From Planctomycetota bacterium (lineage in GTDB: Bacteria; Planctomycetota; Brocadiia; SM23-32; JAKLEA01), in contig JAKLEA010000001.1 in NCBI GenBank assembly GCA_022711755.1, forward strand, positions 336,743-400,742: a DNA stretch of 64,000 bases. Direction: 5' to 3'. A model generated the notes under the pieces. The model did not search any database. It was not told the origin of the DNA and saw only the letters and a list, made by a program, of their open reading frames with translations. A program made the position numbers and the translations under genes. Each line of letters starts with the position of its first letter. Within the stretch, counting starts at the first letter, position 1. Positions 19,930 to 29,314 of this stretch are shown here, piece after piece.

Positions 19930-21900
19930 CTACCCGCGAATGCTGTCTTTGATCGCGTCTAAAAGGCGCGAAAGATCATTGTACATGACAAGCGCGAAGA
20001 TGGCTATTATGATCGCCCATCCCGTGTAATAAAGGCCCGCTCTTGCTTTTTCATTCAGTGGTTTGCCGCGAATCTTCTCATACGCAAGAAGAACCAGCAT
20101 TCCACCATCAGTAACAGGAATCGGCAACAGGTTGATAAGCACCAGGCCAACGCTGAGAAGGCCCAGCAAGGATGCGTATCCCCCCACTCCCCTGAGAATA
20201 ACGGATCTGTAACTGACGTGAACGATGGCTATCGGACCGCCGAGATTCTTCGCGCTGACGCTCCTGTCGAAGAACCTGCCGACTGTGGCGATTGTCTGCA
20301 TGAATGCGTCATAGGTCTCATAGCATCCTTCTATTATGGCCCTCCCTGGAGTTGTCCGGTAAAGCTCGCTCTCTGTCTTTCCAAAGATGACTCCTATCAT
20401 GCCATCCGCTTCCGGATCAACTGGCGTCGGCTTGACCTCGGTCTGCATGAGCTTTCCCGCGCGCTCCCACTCGAAAAGCATGGGCTTGTCATAACTGCGC
20501 TCACGGGCGAGGACGATATCCATGAAGCGCGCAATCTTTTGACCGTCAACCCGCGTCACAACGTCCCCGCCCTGCAGTCCGGAAACATCCGCCGCGCTGC
20601 CGGGGAGCACGTAGGCGATTCTCAGGCTCGGTTCAGCGAATATACTTTCAAGAAATTCCTTTGCCGCGTTATCGTCCGAAAGATCAATCTGAAATATCTT
20701 CTGTTCGCCATTGCGATCTATTTTTAACTCAACCGATTGGCAGTCGTTCGTTTCAAGCACATCAAGCTGTGTCAGGCTTGTAATCGGTTCCCCGTTTGAT
20801 TCAAGAATGCGGTCATTAGCCCTAAGTCCTGCCCTATACGCAAATCCATCCCTGGCAACCTTATCGAGAATGTTTCCCGCGCTGGATATTCCAAGCCGTG
20901 TCGGAGCGACTTTTGCCGGAATTACCGTCTTGCGGATTATTGAATTATCGCGTTTGATAACAAGTGACAAGGCTTTCTCTGGAGAATCATCTATCCGCTC
21001 AATTACTTCGTTTCCCGTCATTGCGGGACGCCCATTGATTTCAACAATTTTGTCAAAACGCCCCAGTGAAAGCTTCTGCCCGTATCCGGCGGTCATCATG
21101 GTTATATTGTCAAGGTGTTTGATTTTCAGTTCGAAAACCTCCGGCACTTGATTCGGCTCGGCAGGAGCATCCTCAATCAGCAGAATGCTATCGCCGATTT
21201 TAAGTCCTGCCTCCATAGCGGGATTCCGCGCGCCCAATTCAGGCGGGTTGGCAAAATCTGTGATTTCATTGGCGATTGCAGGACTGATACCGAGCTTTCG
21301 CAACCCCAGATCAGGATCATATTCCGGAAGAATATCATACCTGGAAATCTCACTCCCGCGGGCAATTTCCAAATATATGGGTTCTTCAGGACCGCTCAAG
21401 GCGCCAAGCCTGATAAGATAATCGAAGGTGGGGTCTTCTCGGTTCATTGCTTTGACAATGCGGTCTCCCTTTCGGATTCCGGCCTCCCATGCCGGGGAAC
21501 CGGGGATGGTATCGCCTACCAGCGCCAGAGGACGCGGAACACCCCAAGCAAATGCGAATATGAAGATGCCCAGCGCGAAGAGTATGTTGAAAAAAACCCC
21601 CGCGCCAAAGACAATAGCCTTCTGCCCCGGTGTTTTGGCTCCGAACTCGTGTGGTTCCGGAGCCTTACCGGTTTCCTCTTCGCCGGCAAGTTTAACAAAT
21701 CCCCCGAGTGGAATTGCGGAAATACAATAATCGGTTTCGCCGTATTTTCGACCGAAAAGCCTGCGTCCCAGACCAAGGGAAAACGTTTCCACGCGCACCT
21801 TTACCAGCTTTGCAGCCAGAAAATGCCCCAATTCATGAACGATGATAAGCAGGCTGAAGCCGGCCAGGCTGAGGGCGCCGGCTAGTATTTTTTCAAACAT
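19930..21900 (-). CDS. rseP: RIP metalloprotease RseP (site-2 protease) with multiple PDZ domains
   Basis: It has HELGHFLAAK (the HExxH motif) in TM1 and several PDZ-like segments. The probable start MFEKIL has GAGGAA upstream; the ORF extends to 21924. Confidence 0.85.
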   Translation of the reverse strand: MFEKILAGALSLAGFSLLIIVHELGHFLAAKLVKVRVETFSLGLGRRLFGRKYGETDYCISAIPLGGFVKLAGEEETGKAPEPHEFGAKTPGQKAIVFGAGVFFNILFALGIFIFAFAWGVPRPLALVGDTIPGSPAWEAGIRKGDRIVKAMNREDPTFDYLIRLGALSGPEEPIYLEIARGSEISRYDILPEYDPDLGLRKLGISPAIANEITDFANPPELGARNPAMEAGLKIGDSILLIEDAPAEPNQVPEVFELKIKHLDNITMMTAGYGQKLSLGRFDKIVEINGRPAMTGNEVIERIDDSPEKALSLVIKRDNSIIRKTVIPAKVAPTRLGISSAGNILDKVARDGFAYRAGLRANDRILESNGEPITSLTQLDVLETNDCQSVELKIDRNGEQKIFQIDLSDDNAAKEFLESIFAEPSLRIAYVLPGSAADVSGLQGGDVVTRVDGQKIARFMDIVLARERSYDKPMLFEWERAGKLMQTEVKPTPVDPEADGMIGVIFGKTESELYRTTPGRAIIEGCYETYDAFMQTIATVGRFFDRSVSAKNLGGPIAIVHVSYRSVILRGVGGYASLLGLLSVGLVLINLLPIPVTDGGMLVLLAYEKIRGKPLNEKARAGLYYTGWAIIIAIFALVMYNDLSRLLDAIKDSIRG

Positions 21901-23150
21901 CTGGTGGTTTCCTCGCGCGCCCAAACGTCGGCTTCAAGTATTTCGTCAAGGGTTGGCTGGCTGTTGTGAGCATGACGCGACAGAACCTCTACAGCCGTGT
22001 CCACAATTGCTGTGAATGGAATTACCCCTCCCAGGAAGGCGTCAACCGCGCATTCATTGGCAGCGTTCAGTATAACCCCGGTTGTCCCGCCTCTGCGAAT
22101 GGCCTCGAAGCCGAGAGCAATGCCCGGGAATCTGTGAGGATCGGGCTTCTCAAAGGTAAGACTCCCTACCCGGGTCAGATCCAGACGCGGAATGCCAGAC
22201 GCATTACGGGCGGGATAGGTCAACGCGTGCGAGATCGGAAGGCGCATGTCCGGCATGCCCATGTGCGCCATCATTGATCCGTCCTTCATTTCGACAATTC
22301 CATGCACGATGCTCTGGCGATGGACGAGAACTTCAATCTGTTCAGGTTTCAACCCGAATAGCCAGTGAGCTTCAATCACCTCAAAAGCCTTGTTCATCAT
22401 CGTGGCCGAATCAATCGTAATCTTTCGCCCCATTTTCCAGTTCGGGTGTGCCAGCGCTTCTGCCGGAGTTACAGAATGCAATCCATCAAGCGGCATGTTG
22501 TACAAAGAGCCGCCGCTTGCCGTAAGTGTCACCTGCACCACATCGTCAAGGCTGGCTGAAGCAAGAAGTTGGAACAATGCGTTATGTTCGCTGTCAATCG
22601 GTATGATGACCGCGTCATGAACGGCGACGGCATCCTCAATCAGGCGTCCCGCCATGACGAAAGTCTCCTTGTTGGCAAGCGCTATTTTCTTGCCGGTCCG
22701 GATCGCCTCTATTGTAGGCAGAAGACCAGCGGCGCCTACTACGCCGATCACAACTGTATCAACTTCTTCATCGGCTGCGAGTTCGGCCAGGGCATCCGTC
22801 CCGGAAATCACTTCCGGGACGCCATTGCCAAGCTCTCTACGGAGATTTCGAGCGGCTGCTTCATCCGCCAGAGCAACCTTGCCCGGGCGGAACTCCTCGA
22901 TCTGGCTTCTGAGGTCCTGCCAACTTGTGTTTGCGGCGAGAGACCGCACGCGATAATTGCCGTTCGAGCGACGGATAACGTCGAGCGTGTTTTTGCCGAT
23001 GCTGCCGGTGGATCCGAGGATGGAGATTTTACGCGTTGGCGGTATACCGGCATCCCGCCTGAGCGCGGCAAGCGCTTTCCGCGGCGCAGTTATCTTCCTG
23101 TCAGCGTTGCAGTTACGGCAGTTAACGGACATTTCCTCAGATTCCATCAA
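21882..23150 (-). CDS. dxr: 1-deoxy-D-xylulose 5-phosphate reductoisomerase
   Basis: ISILGSTGSIGKNTLDVI and the conserved core are present. It carries a roughly 40-aa N-terminal extension. Confidence 0.9.
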   Translation of the reverse strand: MMESEEMSVNCRNCNADRKITAPRKALAALRRDAGIPPTRKISILGSTGSIGKNTLDVIRRSNGNYRVRSLAANTSWQDLRSQIEEFRPGKVALADEAAARNLRRELGNGVPEVISGTDALAELAADEEVDTVVIGVVGAAGLLPTIEAIRTGKKIALANKETFVMAGRLIEDAVAVHDAVIIPIDSEHNALFQLLASASLDDVVQVTLTASGGSLYNMPLDGLHSVTPAEALAHPNWKMGRKITIDSATMMNKAFEVIEAHWLFGLKPEQIEVLVHRQSIVHGIVEMKDGSMMAHMGMPDMRLPISHALTYPARNASGIPRLDLTRVGSLTFEKPDPHRFPGIALGFEAIRRGGTTGVILNAANECAVDAFLGGVIPFTAIVDTAVEVLSRHAHNSQPTLDEILEADVWAREETTRCLKKY

Positions 23151-24201
23151 TTTCTTTCAACAGTTCTTCGGCAAGTCGTTCCTCGGAAACCCGGCGTAAC
23201 TTCTCCCCCTTTTTGAAAATATAACCGAAATTCCTGCCTCCGGCAATGCCGAAATCGGCCTCCTTCGCTTCTCCCGGGCCATTTACAACACAACCCATTA
23301 TTGCGATTTTCAGCCCTTTACGACCGGGCGGAAGCTTGGATTTTACCTTTTCAACCAGCGCCGGCAGGTCAATCATGCAACGCCCGCACGTCGGGCACGA
23401 AAGAATCTCTGCAGACCGTCTCTCCGCCAGTCCAAGCGCTTCTAGAATCTCGTATCCGGCGCGAACTTCCTCATGCGGGGATCCAGTCATTGAAACGCGA
23501 ATCGTATCTCCAATACCCTCAGATAGAAGGCCGCCGATGCCAATCGCGGACTTTACCAGCGATTCCGATGGGGGGCCTGCGGCGGTAACGCCAAGGTGAA
23601 GCGGATAATCGCAACGCATAGCAGCTTCACGGCAGGCTTCCATTGTTGTCGCGACATCGCTGGCTTTCATGGAAATCACTATGTTGCCGAATCCAAATGT
23701 CTCCAGTTTTTCACAGAACTCGAGCGTCTTGTCCACCATCAAGCGGCACAGCGCAGCCTCTGTGAGCGGCAAGTCGTTCTCTTGAAGACGTGAAGCGACA
23801 GAACCGGAGTTGACTCCCACGCGGATTTTTATTCCTGAGTCGGCGGCTGTCTTTGCCAGTCGTTCAAGCCGTTTCCCCGACGGCATGTTGCCGGGATTGA
23901 TTCTGATGCCGTCAACCCCCTGCCGAATGGACTCCATGGCAGTGTCATAACCGAAATGGATATCAGCAATTACGGGAATCGGAGAACCTTTCCGGATATC
24001 GCCCAGTCGCTTTGCCTCTTTCATTGTTGGGACTGCGCAGCGGATGATATGGCAGCCAAGCCCTGCAAGCTCGGCAATCTGACGGTTCGTCGCTTCCACG
24101 TCGGACGTGAAAGTTTTTGTCATGCTCTGAACACTTATCGGAGCATCGCCGCCGATGAACAGATTGCCCACGGCGACCTTTCTTGTGCTGCGGCGCTGCA
24201 T
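23137..24201 (-). CDS. ispG: 4-hydroxy-3-methylbut-2-en-1-yl diphosphate synthase
   Basis: The GcpE core and the C-terminal 4Fe-4S Cys cluster (CPTCGRC...C) are present. Confidence 0.9.
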   Translation of the reverse strand: MQRRSTRKVAVGNLFIGGDAPISVQSMTKTFTSDVEATNRQIAELAGLGCHIIRCAVPTMKEAKRLGDIRKGSPIPVIADIHFGYDTAMESIRQGVDGIRINPGNMPSGKRLERLAKTAADSGIKIRVGVNSGSVASRLQENDLPLTEAALCRLMVDKTLEFCEKLETFGFGNIVISMKASDVATTMEACREAAMRCDYPLHLGVTAAGPPSESLVKSAIGIGGLLSEGIGDTIRVSMTGSPHEEVRAGYEILEALGLAERRSAEILSCPTCGRCMIDLPALVEKVKSKLPPGRKGLKIAIMGCVVNGPGEAKEADFGIAGGRNFGYIFKKGEKLRRVSEERLAEELLKEIDGI

Positions 24202-24569
24202 GAATTATGATCCTCTCCAGAAAGATCCCGTATCGTAAAACACACGCGTGCGATAGTCGCAAATCCCAATCAGACAATGAGATGCGGCTGGTTCAAATCG
24301 TCGCGTGGTCATGAACTCTAAGGTCGGAGTAGATCGAATCGGCAAGAACATTTACTGATTTAATCGTAGCGTGAATGCAGTTACTCAGTCAAGATTCTTC
24401 GCTCTATCCTGTCATGATGACCGCCCCAGACAGCGCCTTAGCGCGTTTGACGCCGCTCTTTCCTCAATGTAATATAAACGCGTGGTCGCATTGGAATCGC
24501 ATGGGCACAGAGACGCACATGGGTGAACAGTGACGGCGAAGACAGGCCGCGCATTCCGGAGGAGAAATA

Positions 24570-24932
24570 ATGCTGAAACCTTTGAAGAAATCCCTGTTGA
24601 CTGGACTTGGTCTTGTTTCAATGGCCAAGGACAAGGTATCTGAAGCCGTTGATGACCTTGCAAAGAAGGGCGATATCTCCGCCGAGCAAGGGGAAAAACT
24701 TCTGAAACAAGTGCAGGCGAAATTCGACGAAGAGGAGGCCAGAGCTTCGCAGTGGGTTCGCGAACAGGTGGAGAAAGTGGTTTCCAAAATGGACCTGGTC
24801 ACAAACAAGAAGCATGACGAACTGGCCGCGCGGGTGGCCGCCCTTGAAGCAAAATGCGGCTGCCAGCATCCCGATCCAACGGAAGACAAAGCGGAATCGT
24901 CATGCTGCTGCGGAGATGCCGGGGCGGAATAA
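24570..24932 (+). CDS. Phasin-like helical protein with a Cys-rich C-terminal tail
   Basis: The N-terminus (LKKSLLTGLGLVSMAKDKVSEAVDDLAKKGDIS) resembles the phasin family. The tail reads CGCQHPDP...SSCCCGD. Confidence 0.5.
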   Translation: MLKPLKKSLLTGLGLVSMAKDKVSEAVDDLAKKGDISAEQGEKLLKQVQAKFDEEEARASQWVREQVEKVVSKMDLVTNKKHDELAARVAALEAKCGCQHPDPTEDKAESSCCCGDAGAE

Positions 24933-25036
24933 GGACGGCCCTTCCCACGCGGCAATCGTTATCGCAGATCACATTAAATAGCGCTCCGTCCTCCGATTAA
25001 TATGGGGCGGCGCGAGGGGTGGAGCGATTGTGATCT

Positions 25037-25342
25037 TTACGGCTCCATGATGCCGCGTTTGATGTCAAGGCCTGAACACTTGGCCTTTATTATATTCTCG
25101 AATTCGTTGATGGTCCTGTTCAGAACCTCCAGCGCCGCATTGCCGCCCTCGGGCGGAAGTTTGCACGAGTATTCCGCCTTTGCCAGATAGACCATCGAAT
25201 TGCAGAACGCGCTCAGGTTGGTTTCAAGGTGGGCGATATTGCCTTCTATTTTCTTGAGCGTCTGCATCCTCATGGCCTTGTGGTTCTGGCCTCTCAGTTC
25301 GATGATCATGGTGTCGAAGTCGTCGCCGTAATACAACCTCAT
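25037..25342 (-). CDS. Hypothetical protein (101 aa)
   Basis: The call rests on the ORF alone. It sits downstream of pdaD on the same strand. Confidence 0.35.
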   Translation of the reverse strand: MRLYYGDDFDTMIIELRGQNHKAMRMQTLKKIEGNIAHLETNLSAFCNSMVYLAKAEYSCKLPPEGGNAALEVLNRTINEFENIIKAKCSGLDIKRGIMEP

Positions 25343-25467
25343 CGTTGCGCCTCCAATTCAGATGAAAATGGAACCGAATTTCACTTCACCGAGCTTGATC
25401 CAAGCCCGATCAGGCTTCAAGCGGGACGCCGCCCTGCGCGTTCAGATGACAAAGCGCGGACGCGGAA

Positions 25468-26022
25468 TCAGTCAGACACAAAAACGGCTGCGGCAACTGT
25501 GGTAGTCCAGATTCCCTTCTTATCGCCCTTCGCAGTCTGGCAGATGTTCCTGGTTCGAACGATTTTGCCGCTCATCCGGTAGACTTCCTTGCGTTCGTCG
25601 TAGTTCTTGTCGGGATTGAAGTCAATTCCTAACGTTGTGGCCAGCATGGTCGCGGCAAGGTCCTCTGCGTAGTCGCCGGCCTTTTCCTCGTTTTCTCCAA
25701 AGGAATGGTGTTCGCTGAGATAGCCGTACTGCTCGCCTTCCGCCGGCACGGCAAGCCCAATGGCTGAAGCGATCATCCGGTGCGGCTCGTTCGTGGCGTT
25801 ATCGGCCATCACGCAGAAAACAATCTGGCCGGGAGCCATGTTCTTGAGACCGTCCGCCGGTTGCACGATCTTGCAGCCCGGGGGGAAGATACTGGAGACG
25901 CGCACAAGGTTGAACTCGGCGATGCTCGCCTTCCTGAGCGCCAGCTCGAAGGACTGGAGCTTATCCTTGTGCCTCCCAACGCCCTTGGTGAAGAAGATGC
26001 GACGGGGGACAAAGTTCTGCAT
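25468..26022 (-). CDS. pdaD: Pyruvoyl-dependent arginine decarboxylase
   Basis: MQNFVPRRIFFTKGVGRHKD and the PdaD core are present. GGAGGG lies 7 nt upstream of this ATG. Confidence 0.8.
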   Translation of the reverse strand: MQNFVPRRIFFTKGVGRHKDKLQSFELALRKASIAEFNLVRVSSIFPPGCKIVQPADGLKNMAPGQIVFCVMADNATNEPHRMIASAIGLAVPAEGEQYGYLSEHHSFGENEEKAGDYAEDLAATMLATTLGIDFNPDKNYDERKEVYRMSGKIVRTRNICQTAKGDKKGIWTTTVAAAVFVSD

Positions 26023-26304
26023 GTCGTCACCCTCCACGGCGCGCGCCCGACGGAAAGACCAGTCCCGGCCGCAAGCCTTGAAACGAGAAAAGAGAAAAGA
26101 AAACGCCGCTACCCCTAAACCTCACTGGCTGGAAGAGGGTATATTCATTGCGTGTCAGGCAGTCAATCTAAATTTCCGCCCGCCCGATGTTTTTCTTCAG
26201 GAGTTTCCATTCCGGCGGCTCCATGATACAATCGTCGGCAGCGTGGGAAAAGCTCCAATTTCTGAAGGCGAACTGCAATACCGGCCAGAGCGCAGCGTCA
26301 AGGC

Positions 26305-27150
26305 ATGTTCAGTATCATCATCCTGACCCACAACAAAGCTCCCTACACACGCAAGTGTCTGGAATCTATTTTGCAGACACGGGGAGAGGCTGTCGAGGTC
26401 ATCGTCGTTGACAACGCCTCCACAGACGAAACGCATGCCGTGCTTGACGAGATGGAGACACGGATGGGAGCTGTCGGCATTCGGATGCGTTCCATCCGGA
26501 ACCGCGTGAATGGCGGATGCTGCGCCGGACGCAATCAGGGAATGGCGGCAGCCTCCGGAGACATCATGGTCTTTATGGATAATGACGTAATGGCTTCCGG
26601 ACCGGACTGGGCTTCCGGATTCAGGCGATGTTTTGAGGCATCGCCGCTGACAGGCATCATCGGACCGAAGCTGATCTACCCCTTCCCTCCGCACCTGATT
26701 CAGTGCGCGGGCGTCGCCATATCCCGCAGCGGGCGCGTGCAGTTCCGGGGGCGCGGCGAAGCCCGCAACGCATCATCCTTCGCAGTCGCGAAGGAGGTCC
26801 AGTGCCTGATAAGCGCGTGTTTCGCCTTCAAACGCGAGGTCTACGATCGTCTGGGCGGGCTTGATCTAGCGTTCGGCCCGATTGAGTTTGAGGATTTCGA
26901 TTTCTGCTATCGCGCGCGCGCGGCGGGTTACAAGTGTCTTTACACGCCATCTGTGGAGATGTTCCACTGGGAAAGCATAACGTCCGAAGGCACGGAAAGA
27001 CTCCCCAACACGTACCTCATCATCAAACACGGGATGATGTTCAAGCAGAGGTGGCGTCACATGTTCGAGAACGAAGACGGACCGCCGGATTCCGAATGCG
27101 CATGGCGCAGAATCCCTGTGCCGTCCCTTGAAGGCGAAAGAATGCGGTAG
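26305..27150 (+). CDS. Glycosyltransferase family 2
   Basis: FSIIILTHNKAPYTRKCLESIL, DNASTDET and the DxD region are present. Confidence 0.75.
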   Translation: MFSIIILTHNKAPYTRKCLESILQTRGEAVEVIVVDNASTDETHAVLDEMETRMGAVGIRMRSIRNRVNGGCCAGRNQGMAAASGDIMVFMDNDVMASGPDWASGFRRCFEASPLTGIIGPKLIYPFPPHLIQCAGVAISRSGRVQFRGRGEARNASSFAVAKEVQCLISACFAFKREVYDRLGGLDLAFGPIEFEDFDFCYRARAAGYKCLYTPSVEMFHWESITSEGTERLPNTYLIIKHGMMFKQRWRHMFENEDGPPDSECAWRRIPVPSLEGERMR

Positions 27151-27193
27151 GCGAGCCGCATGACTCATCATACACGGAAGGAGCGACCTGAGA

Positions 27194-27463
27194 ATGCCGG
27201 ACCACGCAGACAACATTGAAGCGCAACTCAAGGAAATGCTTGTTGAAAGACTGTTTCTGGACATTTCGCCTGACGCGATAGCCAACGACGCCCCGCTGAT
27301 GGAGACGCTTGGAATTGACTCCACACAGGTGCTTGAGATCATAGTCGGGCTGGAGGAAATATTCGGGATCAGCTTCGAGGATCAGACTGACTTCAACATC
27401 GAGCTTTTCAGAACCGTTTCGTCAATTGCTGATTACGTCAGAACAAAGACCGGACAAGCCTGA
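27194..27463 (+). CDS. Acyl carrier protein-like (phosphopantetheine attachment)
   Basis: It is a four-helix ACP-like ORF with the LGIDSTQVLEI serine motif. Confidence 0.65.
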   Translation: MPDHADNIEAQLKEMLVERLFLDISPDAIANDAPLMETLGIDSTQVLEIIVGLEEIFGISFEDQTDFNIELFRTVSSIADYVRTKTGQA

Positions 27464-27495
27464 GGCTTCCACTTCCGCTCTAACAAGACAGTTTT

Positions 27496-28371
27496 GTGGC
27501 GACCGCACAATCTGAAAACACATTCGCGCTGGAAGCTCCAGGCGCGAGGATGTTCGGTATTCTATACGCGCATGGCGCATCGTCCGCGCGCGGAGGGATA
27601 TTGGTTTGCGATGCATTGGCAGAGGAACGGCGATGCTCAAACCGCGTCATGGTTGATGCCGCGCGGCATTTCGCGTCTGCGGGTTTTCATGTCCTGCGTT
27701 TCGATTACCGTCATTGCGGCGAGAGCGAGGGCGAATTCAAGGATGTCACCGTTGACGGGATGATTGAGGATATTGGAATCGCATCCGAATTTCTGCGCCG
27801 TGAAGTCGGCGATGGAGTCCCGTTGACAATGATGGGTCTTAGATTCGGAGCGGCTCTGGCCGTCCGCGCATCACGGGTAATCCATGGAATTGCGAAAATC
27901 ATTTTATGGGAACCAACCCTTGACGGCGCAAAGTACATCGCCGGGGAAGTTCGCCGCGTAGCAGTCCGCGAAATGATGACCGCAGGCGCCGGGAAGACCA
28001 ATCCGCAGGACATTCTCAGGAAACTTGAAAATCAGGACGCCAGGTTCGACCTCTCGGGTTATGAACTGACAGGGAAACTCTATTCCGGAATCTGCGGCAT
28101 CAACTTGACGAGAGAATTTCCTCCTTCGGGAACCGACATTTTCCTGTGCCAGATTTCCCATCAGAGCGAGATCAACAAGCAGACGACCGAATACGCTCAC
28201 CTTCTTGAAAGCGCGGGATGCAAGGTTGAACAAATCGCTCTCCGGGAGCAACCTTTCTGGAATCCAATCGAAGCCACGTCATGCGGCGTAGTTGTCAGGG
28301 CGACTGCCGCATGGCTGGCAGTGGGACTCCCCTCCCCTGCCCTTGCGGAAGGCAATGACGGACATGGATGA
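27496..28371 (+). CDS. Alpha/beta hydrolase family protein (paralogue 1). The canonical nucleophile is absent (GLRFG).
   Basis: It shares HGxxS...RFDYRHCGESEG with the next gene. The elbow reads GLRFG instead of GxSxG. Confidence 0.6.
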   Translation: MATAQSENTFALEAPGARMFGILYAHGASSARGGILVCDALAEERRCSNRVMVDAARHFASAGFHVLRFDYRHCGESEGEFKDVTVDGMIEDIGIASEFLRREVGDGVPLTMMGLRFGAALAVRASRVIHGIAKIILWEPTLDGAKYIAGEVRRVAVREMMTAGAGKTNPQDILRKLENQDARFDLSGYELTGKLYSGICGINLTREFPPSGTDIFLCQISHQSEINKQTTEYAHLLESAGCKVEQIALREQPFWNPIEATSCGVVVRATAAWLAVGLPSPALAEGNDGHG

Positions 28372-29239
28372 GCCTGTAAGTTTCCAGAACCGGTCGCTAG
28401 CCATCCGTGGGATGATTGGTTCGCCGGACGGTCCTGATTCCGGCGCCGGAGTCGTCCTCCTCCACGGATGGGGAAGTTGCAGGCTAGGCCCGCATCGAAT
28501 ACTTGTGGAAACGGCGCGAGAGCTTAATCGGCGCGGCTTCTGGACCCTCAGGTTCGACCATCTTGGTCGCGGTGAGAGCGAAGGCAACGCGGACGACGCT
28601 ACTCTGGACGGCATGATCTCCGACGCCTGCGCGGCTGCTGAATACCTTTCATCAAAAGGGAATGTCAAACGGTTGGCATTTCTGGGTCTCTGTTCCGGAG
28701 GAAATGTGGCGATAGGTTCCGCGAGCCTGATCCAGGGACGGGGGGATAAACGCGCCGCCTTTGATATTCCAGCCCTCGTTCTCTGGTCAACTCTCCCCTT
28801 CCAGACCCAGCGCAAGCGCGCCGCAGACGTAAAGCGCACGGGATTCTTCCTGACACAGTATGTCCGCAAAGCGCTGATGCCCCAGACCTGGAAGAAACTT
28901 GTTGAGGGGAAGGTGAATTTTGGCGCCATCGGCAAGGTCCTTTTCGGCCATTATCGTCGCGAGGAAGAGAAGGACGGAAAGAAGTCGAACCCGAAGGATT
29001 CATCGCGGGATATAATGGATGAATTCAGTTCTTTCAAAGGGGCCGTCCTCTACGTCTACGGCGGCGGCGATCCTGAAGCCGCAGGGGCGCGACAGGCATA
29101 TGAGCCATTTTGCCGCGAGCGCGGCATCAGGGCCGAATTCCACACTATCGAGGGCGCGAATCACAATTACTATTCGCTGGAGTGGAAAGAAGAGATCATC
29201 GGGCGCTCCGCCACTTTCCTTGAAATCAACATGAAGTGA
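28355..29239 (+). CDS. Alpha/beta hydrolase family protein (paralogue 2). It has a Cys-type elbow (GLCSG).
   Basis: The start ATGACGGACATGGATGA overlaps the previous stop. RFDHLGRGESEG and the GLCSGG elbow are present. Confidence 0.6.
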   Translation: MTDMDEPVSFQNRSLAIRGMIGSPDGPDSGAGVVLLHGWGSCRLGPHRILVETARELNRRGFWTLRFDHLGRGESEGNADDATLDGMISDACAAAEYLSSKGNVKRLAFLGLCSGGNVAIGSASLIQGRGDKRAAFDIPALVLWSTLPFQTQRKRAADVKRTGFFLTQYVRKALMPQTWKKLVEGKVNFGAIGKVLFGHYRREEEKDGKKSNPKDSSRDIMDEFSSFKGAVLYVYGGGDPEAAGARQAYEPFCRERGIRAEFHTIEGANHNYYSLEWKEEIIGRSATFLEINMK

Positions 29240-29314
29240 TGCGCGGTTGTCCGGGTGGGATGTTTCAAGTTATAGTAATGCCGTCGGCGCGGATGTCCGC
29301 GCCGGGGAGCGTCA

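Noticed and set aside
24280-24310. GCTGGTTCAAATC, a 13-nt match to the tRNA-Pro T-arm, in the ispG/phasin intergenic region
   Set aside because: The flanks cannot form a T-stem or an acceptor stem. The motif is the near-universal GGTTCAAATCC T-loop consensus, so the match is probably fortuitous. It is not a second att copy.
24933-25036. Terminator between the convergent phasin-like and 101-aa genes
   Set aside because: Only a weak GGACGG/CCGTCC stem with a loop of about 35 nt and no U-tract is present. That is not convincing as an intrinsic terminator.
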